From positions 1 through 9,387 of the forward strand of contig MTSL01000065.1 in the NCBI GenBank assembly GCA_002794465.1: 9,387 nucleotides of DNA, read 5' to 3'. Below are positions 1 to 6,701 of this stretch, one piece after another. Position 1 is the first letter of the stretch. Each line of letters opens with the position of its first letter. This DNA is from Paramicrosporidium saccamoebae KSL3. Taxonomy: Eukaryota > Fungi > Cryptomycota. Under the pieces are notes generated by a model, which saw only the letters and a list, made by a program, of their open reading frames with translations, made no database searches and was not told the DNA's origin. Made by a program: the position numbers and the translations under genes.

Positions 1-227
1 TACACATCTCACTGTCCTCAAATACCCAGCAACTAATCAACCCTCTGCCTCTGCCTTTACGTCACATAGCCAACTAATCAATTCTCTATATCACACAGAA
101 GCAAAGCTTGGCATGTGTGAACAGTTTATTCTCGCTACTGCTTTCCCATTTCATTGAGAGTGTCGCCACATTACCCACTGCATTTGTGGCCATTGAACCC
201 ATAACTGATTAGTATCTAGGACTTGAC

Positions 228-329
228 CCATTTTCAGTGACAGATTTGCGAAAATCTAGGCATAAGCGGAAACACCGTAGCCCATGTGACCAAGCACTTT
301 AAAACTCCGAAAACCAGGGTTATAGAGCA
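228..329 (+). repeat. Type-B upstream module (copy 1, K1); homologous to 3365-3469 upstream of K3
   Basis: Identical 12-mer agcggaaacacc at 265-276 and 3403-3414, with collinear agattt, agccc, caagcac and agggt blocks. Confidence 0.8.
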
Positions 330-1415
330 ATGTTCGTGGAGGTGATAATCCATCTACTCACCCTAGCAGCGCTAGGTGCTACCTCGCGGACCGCGCACCC
401 TCTATCCAAGCTAACCCTCCCTGAACTGCTGCAACGAAAGAATGAAGGGCTTACAAATCGCGCGGGCTGCTATCTACCGCTCTTCCCAAAATACAATGGA
501 AAGCTATGCACCCGCAATGACTTTAAATTTGTCAAGTCAATCAGTAGGAGTAATTGCGACAAGATCATCACCGCCGTCTACCTTGCGGAACACTGTGCCT
601 CAGGCAAAACAGTAGTTATCAAAAGTATGTACAACGTTCCCCCGGATGAGATCCGGATAGACGAGATAGCCCTTAATATGCTCGGGCACCAAAATATCCC
701 AAAAGGTATTTGCACCTTTGCTGAGGGACAAATAGTAAATCTGGTTATGGAATTTGACACTGAAAAGACCCTCGAGAAGTGGATAGGCGCTCCAGAGGCC
801 GCCCAGCCCGGCTTCTTTCAAAACGTGACTCGCCAGTTGGTGGATGTTCTGGCTTATCTGCACGACCTACACATAATTCACAGTGACATCAAGCCCTCCA
901 ATATTTTGGTAGCCAATGACGGAATGGTCAAACTGATTGACTACGGTATGGCCATTGTCAGCGGCCCCGATGGCACCACAGCCCGATGCGGCGCTCCGTT
1001 ATACTATTCCCCAGAAAAATTAGACAAATCTACCGGATGCTACAATAACGGAGCCGATTGGTATGCGCTCGCGGTGACACTGATTGAAGTTAAGATGAAA
1101 GTGCACCCATTCGACCACATCAAGGCTAGAAAGGATCTGAAAAAGGCTATCAAAACGGAGATTATTGTAAACACGGGCGATTCCGACTTTGATAGTTTTT
1201 TTCAAAATCTTGTCCGTGTGAATCCCGAGGAGCGTTGGAGTCATGCGAACAGGGATATGGACAAGATTCTAAATCATCCATTTCTCGCAAATATACACGT
1301 TTCAACAGAGCCAAATATCCAGGCTGAGCCTGTTGATACAATGACAAAGCCCACAACAACTAAAGAAGATTTGGTTTCAAGTGATGCAGGGGCAAGTCTC
1401 AGTGACTTCTCATAA
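330..1415 (+). CDS. K1: signal-peptide-bearing Ser/Thr protein kinase (AGC-like, non-RD), 361 aa, soluble tail
   Basis: Motifs VVIK (K98), HSDIKPSN, DYG, RCGAPLYYSPE, ADWYALAV, PEERW and KILNHPFL. The N-terminus MFVEVIIHLLTLAALGATS is hydrophobic and signal-like. The tail ends ASLSDFS. Confidence 0.93.
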   Translation: MFVEVIIHLLTLAALGATSRTAHPLSKLTLPELLQRKNEGLTNRAGCYLPLFPKYNGKLCTRNDFKFVKSISRSNCDKIITAVYLAEHCASGKTVVIKSMYNVPPDEIRIDEIALNMLGHQNIPKGICTFAEGQIVNLVMEFDTEKTLEKWIGAPEAAQPGFFQNVTRQLVDVLAYLHDLHIIHSDIKPSNILVANDGMVKLIDYGMAIVSGPDGTTARCGAPLYYSPEKLDKSTGCYNNGADWYALAVTLIEVKMKVHPFDHIKARKDLKKAIKTEIIVNTGDSDFDSFFQNLVRVNPEERWSHANRDMDKILNHPFLANIHVSTEPNIQAEPVDTMTKPTTTKEDLVSSDAGASLSDFS

Positions 1416-1424
1416 CAACCTTTC

Positions 1425-1681
1425 ATTAAAAATCCATCATTTCCAAAGTTTGAGTGGCAGGTGTAGTTGGCATGGTGCTGCCCTATGGCAGAACTACAAT
1501 CTTTTACAATCCAGTCTCAAAAGTTGGAAACTCGGTGCTTATCAGACTACATTGAGACTCGTACTCTAGGTATAAATAATGCCATCCTCTGGTACAGGAC
1601 TTTACATTTATAAAATTTACCCCCGTGCCAATATGCTTCTGGGCACTTGAAATTGAACTCATATAACCAGGGAGCATTGCA
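1425..1681 (+). repeat. Type-A intergenic module (copy before K2)
   Basis: Shares ccatcattt, ctacaatctttta (1494-1506), cgtgcca and ctcatataaccaggg with the other copies. Confidence 0.8.
1658..1681 (+). promoter_or_regulatory. Conserved pre-ATG motif CTCATATAACC(A)GGG-N9-ATG (copies at 1658, 4737, 6678, 8491; variants at 312 and before 3470)
   Basis: ctcatataaccaggg (K2, K4), cccatacaaccaggg (K5), ctcatataaccgggg (K6), aaccaggg (K1), actaggg (K3). All six ATGs have G at -3. The function is inferred only. Confidence 0.5.
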
Positions 1682-2659
1682 ATGTTCGTTGGGATAATAT
1701 TCCGTTTGCTCGCTCTAGTGGCGCTAGGCGCTGCCTCGCGGATCACACTCGCCCCAAACAAGCAGTCCTACCATGAACTGGTGAAGCGAGCGACTAGAAA
1801 GCTCTCGGATTGCCAAGGCGATTATAGGCCGCTCTTTCCAAACTATATGGGCAGAGAGTGTGCCCGCGATGACTTCAAATTTGGCAAGATACTTGGTCAA
1901 AAGCAAGGCGTTTATAGTTCCACCAAGATCTACCTTGCGGACCATGATGCTTCGAAAAAGAAGGTAGTCATCAAAACTATGTGTGGCATTGACTTGGGTG
2001 TGATGAGGATGGACGAGATTGCTCTCCATATGCTCGAGCATCCAAATATTCCAAGGGGCATTTGTACATGTTTTGGGGGAGACAAGAACACGGTGCATCT
2101 GGTTATGGAATTTGACACGGAAAAAACTCTTGAGAATTGGATGGATACTCCCGAGGCTGCCAACCCTCGCTTTCTTCGAAAGGTCGCCAGCCAGTTGGTG
2201 GATGTGCTGGTCTACCTGCACGACCGGAACATTATTCACAATGACATCAAGCCCCCTAATATCCTGGTACTCGATGACGGGACGATCAAACTGATCGACT
2301 ACGGCTCGGCCACTGTCAGCGCGCTTGATGGCACCACAAGCGGGGACGGCACCCCAGTATATAACTCACCAGAAAAGTTAGACACACCTAGCTGTTACAA
2401 TAATGGAGCAGACTGGTATGCATTGGCAGTAACACTTATTGAATTTAAAACTGGGAAGCACCCGTTTGGCCATATCCAAACAATGGCTGATCTGAATGAA
2501 GCTGTCAAAAAAGGAATAGTTGTAGATACGAGAGATTCCGATTTCAACAACTTTGTCAAAATGATTGGCCATGTGGATCCCAATCAGCGTTGGAGTCATG
2601 CTAATGGAAATATGGACAAGATTCGAAATCATCCATTTCTCAAGAATTCAGGGGTTTAG
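1682..2659 (+). CDS. K2: signal-peptide-bearing Ser/Thr protein kinase, 325 aa; C-terminal tail truncated by an apparent 1-nt deletion
   Basis: Motifs VVIK, HNDIKPPN, DYG, GTPVYNSPE, ADWYALAV and KIRNHPFL. The ORF stops 5 codons after HPFL, while a paralogue-like tail continues in another frame to 2760. Confidence 0.92.
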   Translation: MFVGIIFRLLALVALGAASRITLAPNKQSYHELVKRATRKLSDCQGDYRPLFPNYMGRECARDDFKFGKILGQKQGVYSSTKIYLADHDASKKKVVIKTMCGIDLGVMRMDEIALHMLEHPNIPRGICTCFGGDKNTVHLVMEFDTEKTLENWMDTPEAANPRFLRKVASQLVDVLVYLHDRNIIHNDIKPPNILVLDDGTIKLIDYGSATVSALDGTTSGDGTPVYNSPEKLDTPSCYNNGADWYALAVTLIEFKTGKHPFGHIQTMADLNEAVKKGIVVDTRDSDFNNFVKMIGHVDPNQRWSHANGNMDKIRNHPFLKNSGV

Positions 2660-2760
2660 CAGAGACAGGCTGTGCTGCTTATATTGTGACAAAACCCGTA
2701 GCAATACAAGCATCCCCCATTTCGGACGGTGCAGGGACCAGTCTTGACGACTTTCAGTAA
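2653..2760 (+). pseudogene. Out-of-frame C-terminal tail of K2 (GLAETGCAAYIVTKPVAIQASPISDGAGTSLDDFQ*)
   Basis: Manual translation from 2653 is open to TAA at 2758-2760. It matches the K1 tail (TKP plus 20 aa, SSDAGASLSDFS) and the K3 end (SLDDFQ*, shared agtcttgacgactttcagtaa). Confidence 0.8.
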
Positions 2761-2845
2761 AAATCTATCATTTGTTGAGCAGTTTCGAGTTTTGACTAGT
2801 GGCTGCGGTCGGCCTTTTGCTGTTTATGACAGATTTACAGTCTAG
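2761..2845 (+). repeat. Type-A intergenic module, 5' part only (after the K2 tail)
   Basis: atcatttgttg...tttcgagttttgactagtggctgc matches 4505-4550 and 6290-6307. Similarity fades near 2845. Confidence 0.75.
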
Positions 2846-3364
2846 CTTTAGATGATAAAAATCAAAACTCATGAACCCGTAGCTACATGCATTAAAGACG
2901 GCCTGCCCGGGGACTCGACGTCAGCGACAGGATGGTAAATTTTTATCCTGTAAACCCGCTATATTGTTGCTGACAAAGTTTTAAATTGGTCGACTATATC
3001 AGGATTTATGGCGTCAACCCTACGACACTAACGTCCTCGAGCGTAGATCCGAATTTGACTGAAAGAACGATTCATTTGTTTCAGGTGGCACAGAATATGG
3101 TAATTAGTGCGCTATTCCAACCCCCCCCTCACTGAGGACAATGACTCGTGTGCTTTCTGGATGCTAAAACAAGAAACATCTTGCTGATCCTCGAAAATAA
3201 AGCCAACACTGAACCCAGGATCGTAATCGCCCGATACGGATATATTACAAGCCATTGCTGCCACCCCCCCCCAGTGGTGGTAATGATGATGCATGTCACT
3301 TTGTGGACATGTTATGACATTTGGATCCCATACAGAGATAGGGCCGCGCCGACGAAGAATCCCA

Positions 3365-3469
3365 CCAGTCTCTAGTAAAAGATTTACAAAAATTCAGAGA
3401 TGAGCGGAAACACCACAGCCCTTGCAATCAAGCACCTTAACCGGGACTAAATGACTAGGGTGCGTAGCC
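3365..3469 (+). repeat. Type-B upstream module (copy 2, K3)
   Basis: Collinear similarity to 228-329. Confidence 0.8.
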
Positions 3470-4504
3470 ATGTTCGTGGGAGTGATATTTCATCTGCTCG
3501 CTCTTGTGGCACTAGGTGCTACCGCGCAGCCTCCAGTCGAGCTGTCCCACTCCAAGCTACTGCAGAAAGCGAATAGAAAACTCTCGACCACTTGGGGTTA
3601 TTACAAACCTCTTTTGTCAACCTATAAGGGCGGAGAGTGTACTCTTTTGGACTTTGAATTTGGCGAGGTACTCAATTATAAGAAAGGCGGTGGTAGTTAC
3701 ACCAAGGTCCAACTTGCAGAGCATGTGGCTACAGGAAAGACTGTAGTCATCAAAATTATGAAGAACATTGGCTTGCGTGCAGTTAGGATGGACGATCTCG
3801 CCCTTAACATGCTCGAACATCCAAATATTCCAAAGGGTATTTGTACCTTTATGAATATGAAGGAGGTGAATTTGGTCATGGAATTTGATACTAAGAGGAC
3901 CCTTGAGAAATGGATAGGTGCTCCAGAGGCCGCCGATCGCCGCTTCCTTCAAAATGTGACTCGCCAATTGGTAAATGTGCTGGCCTACTTGCACGACAAT
4001 CACATCACCCACAATGACATTAAGCCCCCCAATATTCTGGTATCCGATGAAGGAACAGTTAAACTAATTGACTACGGCCTGGCCACTGTCAGTGCGCTCG
4101 ATGGTACCACGATCGAAAATGGCGCTCCAGCATACAGTTCACCAGAGAAATTGGAAAAATCTAAGCGTTACAATAATGGAGCAGACTGGTATGCACTCGC
4201 AATAACCCTGATTGAATTTAAAAAGGGGAGGCACCCGTTTTGTAGTGTCGCAACAGTATATGAGCTGAAAGAATTTACCAAATCCTGGGTACCCGAAGAT
4301 ACGGACGATCCCGAGTTTGATAGCTTTGTCCGAGGGATTGGGCATTTCGATCCCGATCAGCGTTGGAGCCATGCGAATGGAAATATGGACAAGATTCGAA
4401 ATCATCCATTCCTTACAGAGGCTGGAACGGTACCAGATCTCTGTACAAGAGGAGAGATCCCCGTTTCAAGTAGCACAGTAGCAAGTCTTGACGACTTTCA
4501 GTAA
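3470..4504 (+). CDS. K3: signal-peptide-bearing Ser/Thr protein kinase, 344 aa, soluble tail
   Basis: Motifs VVIK, HNDIKPPN, DYG, GAPAYSSPE, ADWYALAI and KIRNHPFL. This is the only copy with a Gly-rich loop remnant (KKGGGSY). It ends ASLDDFQ. Confidence 0.93.
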   Translation: MFVGVIFHLLALVALGATAQPPVELSHSKLLQKANRKLSTTWGYYKPLLSTYKGGECTLLDFEFGEVLNYKKGGGSYTKVQLAEHVATGKTVVIKIMKNIGLRAVRMDDLALNMLEHPNIPKGICTFMNMKEVNLVMEFDTKRTLEKWIGAPEAADRRFLQNVTRQLVNVLAYLHDNHITHNDIKPPNILVSDEGTVKLIDYGLATVSALDGTTIENGAPAYSSPEKLEKSKRYNNGADWYALAITLIEFKKGRHPFCSVATVYELKEFTKSWVPEDTDDPEFDSFVRGIGHFDPDQRWSHANGNMDKIRNHPFLTEAGTVPDLCTRGEIPVSSSTVASLDDFQ

Positions 4505-4760
4505 AACTCCATCATTTGTTGAAGTTTTGAGGTTTGACTAGTGGCTGCAGTTGGCACGACGTCGCCTTATGACTGATTTATAGTCTTTTACGATCCAGTC
4601 CCAGAGGATAAAAGCTCAGTGCTGATAAGACTGCATTGAGCCTTCTCCTCTCATCGGCATAGGAAATGTCATCCCGGTACATGTCTTGCAGAGCTCATCC
4701 TCGTGCCACTATACGTCTAGACACTTTAAGTTAAAACTCATATAACCAGGGGACACTGTA
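4505..4760 (+). repeat. Type-A intergenic module (copy before K4)
   Basis: ccatcatttgttg, tttgactagtgg, catcctcgtgcca and ctcatataaccaggg are collinear with 1425-1681 and 8311-8513. Confidence 0.8.
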
Positions 4761-5915
4761 ATGTTCGTTGGGATAATACTCCGCTTGCTCAATCTAGCAG
4801 CACTAGGTGCTGCCTCGCAGGCCACACTTGCGCCAACCAAGCCGCCCTACTCCGAAATACTACAACGAGCGACTAAAAAGCTCTCGAATTTTTGGGGTAA
4901 TTACGAACTGCTCTATCCAAACCATGTGGGCAGAGAATGTAGTCACCATGATTTTAAAGTTATCAAGTCACTCAGTCATAAGGCAGCCGCCAATAGTTTT
5001 ACCAGTGTCCACCTTGCAGAACACAAAATTTCAGGAAAGAAGGTAATCATCAAAACTTTGCATAGAATTGCCTTGAGCGCAATTAGGATGGACGAGATTG
5101 CCCTTTACATGCTCGAACATTCAAATATTCCGAATGGTATTTGCACATATTTTGGGGAAAGCAAAGATACGGTGAATTTGGTCATGGAATTCGACACTGA
5201 GAGGACTCTCGAGAAGTGGAAAGGTACTCCAGAGGCCGCCGATCCTCGCTTTCTTCGAAAGGTTGCCAGACAGTTGGTGAATGTTCTGGCCTACCTACAC
5301 GACCGGCACATCATTCACAATGACATCAAGCCCTCCAATATCCTGGTACTCGATGACGGAACGATTAAACTGATTGACTACGGCTCGGCCACTGTCAGTG
5401 CGCTTGATGGCACCACGAGAGGAGAGGGCACTCCACTGTACAATTCACTAGAGAAATTCAAAAGAGACGCGCTTTACGATAATGGAGCGGACTGGTATGC
5501 ATTGGCAGTAACACTTATTGAATTTAAAACTGGGGAGCACCCGTTTGGCCATATCAAAAACTTTTATATACTGGAAGTAGCTGTCCAAAGAGAGATAGTT
5601 GTGAACACAGATGATCCCGTGTTCAATGACTTTATTCAAAATCTCTCCCGTGTGAATCCCAAAGAGCGTTGGAGCCATGCTAATGGAGATATGGACAAGA
5701 TCCGCAACCATCCTTTTCTCACAGAGACTGAAACGGTATCGGATCTCTGGGCAAAAGGAAAGGCTCTCATTTCAAGTAACACAGTAGCGAATCTTGACAG
5801 CGGTGGCGTGCAATGGACAGACGTAAGCAAGGGCGCTTATTGGTCCATAGCACTGCTTGTGATCTATCTATTGTGGCTCGTGATGGGCCCATCTGCTATG
5901 GTCCAGGGACTATAG
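4761..5915 (+). CDS. K4: signal-peptide-bearing Ser/Thr protein kinase with C-terminal hydrophobic anchor (TM or GPI signal), 384 aa
   Basis: Motifs VIIK, HNDIKPSN, DYG, GTPLYNSLE (SPE changed to SLE) and ADWYALAV. The terminal hydrophobic segment WSIALLVIYLLWLVM lies at 5841-5885. Confidence 0.92.
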   Translation: MFVGIILRLLNLAALGAASQATLAPTKPPYSEILQRATKKLSNFWGNYELLYPNHVGRECSHHDFKVIKSLSHKAAANSFTSVHLAEHKISGKKVIIKTLHRIALSAIRMDEIALYMLEHSNIPNGICTYFGESKDTVNLVMEFDTERTLEKWKGTPEAADPRFLRKVARQLVNVLAYLHDRHIIHNDIKPSNILVLDDGTIKLIDYGSATVSALDGTTRGEGTPLYNSLEKFKRDALYDNGADWYALAVTLIEFKTGEHPFGHIKNFYILEVAVQREIVVNTDDPVFNDFIQNLSRVNPKERWSHANGDMDKIRNHPFLTETETVSDLWAKGKALISSNTVANLDSGGVQWTDVSKGAYWSIALLVIYLLWLVMGPSAMVQGL

Positions 5916-6443
5916 CCCTTATATGGTGCCATGGTCAGGTAGAAAAGTCCGTCCTATACAACACAGCCTGTAGTCACTAGGGCCAGCCCTCGCTTGGCGC
6001 ATGCATCCAATAAGATGTTTATGTATGCAGTGTGGTGGCACTTTGATAAAGTGGATTGATTTGTTGGGTATTTGATGATTATCACCATGTCACTTGAGAG
6101 ACTATAAAAGGCCTATTGGATTAAAAGTGAATGGGTTCTCTTCCCGCTTGAGAAATCCTGTGGTATTACCTCCACTGCACGGCATATCGGTGGCAAAGCC
6201 CATTGTTAGATCCTGTGCTATGGATCGACCAGTGGCTCACAACGACTTTCAACAAGTGTTTACCATAGAACGTATTCTTTGCTGATCGATTTCGAGTTTT
6301 GACTAGTAGCTATAGTCGGTATGATGCTACCTTATGGCAAATCTACAATCTTTTAAAGACCTCTTGCAGATACAGGAAATACCATCCCAGTACGGGACTT
6401 AGAGTTCATCCTCGTACCACTATATTTATAGGCACTTTAGATT
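5916..6443 (+). repeat. Long downstream block of K4 (including a type-A module from about 6266), homologous to 7844-8490
   Basis: Collinear blocks: tatgtatg.agtgtggtgg.actttgat, actataaa, a 59-nt near-identical block (6209-6267), tttcgagttttga.tagt, ctacaatctttta, agatacaggaaa and gagttcatcctcgt. Confidence 0.85.
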
Positions 6444-6668
6444 GTCGCGTAGTGGGGATAAATAGTATGGACTGTCAGGCGAGAAGAGACGAGATGGGAC
6501 GAGAAGGGAATTTCTTCAGTCGATCCAACGACCCATTTATAGGCTCACAAATAACATAATCCTCAAATGGTAAAGGTCTCATTATCCTTCATAGATTGTT
6601 CTGATTATCCCTTCTCCAAACTAGGGAACCATTTCCTAAAGACATGCTAATCAGTCTTTTACGTCACA
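6444..6668. other. Approximately 225-nt insertion interrupting the type-A module upstream of K5
   Basis: The module matches the other copies up to ggcactttagatt (6443) and resumes at agattacaacccatacaaccagggg (6669). A direct repeat agatt lies at 6439-6443 and 6669-6673. Confidence 0.6.
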
Positions 6669-6701
6669 AGATTACAACCCATACAACCAGGGGTTACTGT
6701 A

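Noticed and set aside
1381-1569. Spacer ORFs sharing LWQxYNLL (1381-1569 and 6299-6559) as a conserved microprotein
   Set aside because: The homologous frame has stops in the other module copies (tgg taa ctc tac at 8378-8389; tta tga near 4566-4571), so the similarity is DNA-level only.
2651-2659. GGGTTTA slippery heptamer as a programmed -1 frameshift extending K2
   Set aside because: The heptamer (2652-2658) is phased in the target frame, not in the K2 reading frame (ggg gtt tag), so it is not a canonical X XXY YYZ site.
3112-3375. ORFs 3112-3294 (-) and 3148-3375 (+) in the K2-K3 spacer
   Set aside because: They are short, mutually overlapping and low-complexity from the C tracts and atg/ggt repeats, with no recognisable motif or family start context.
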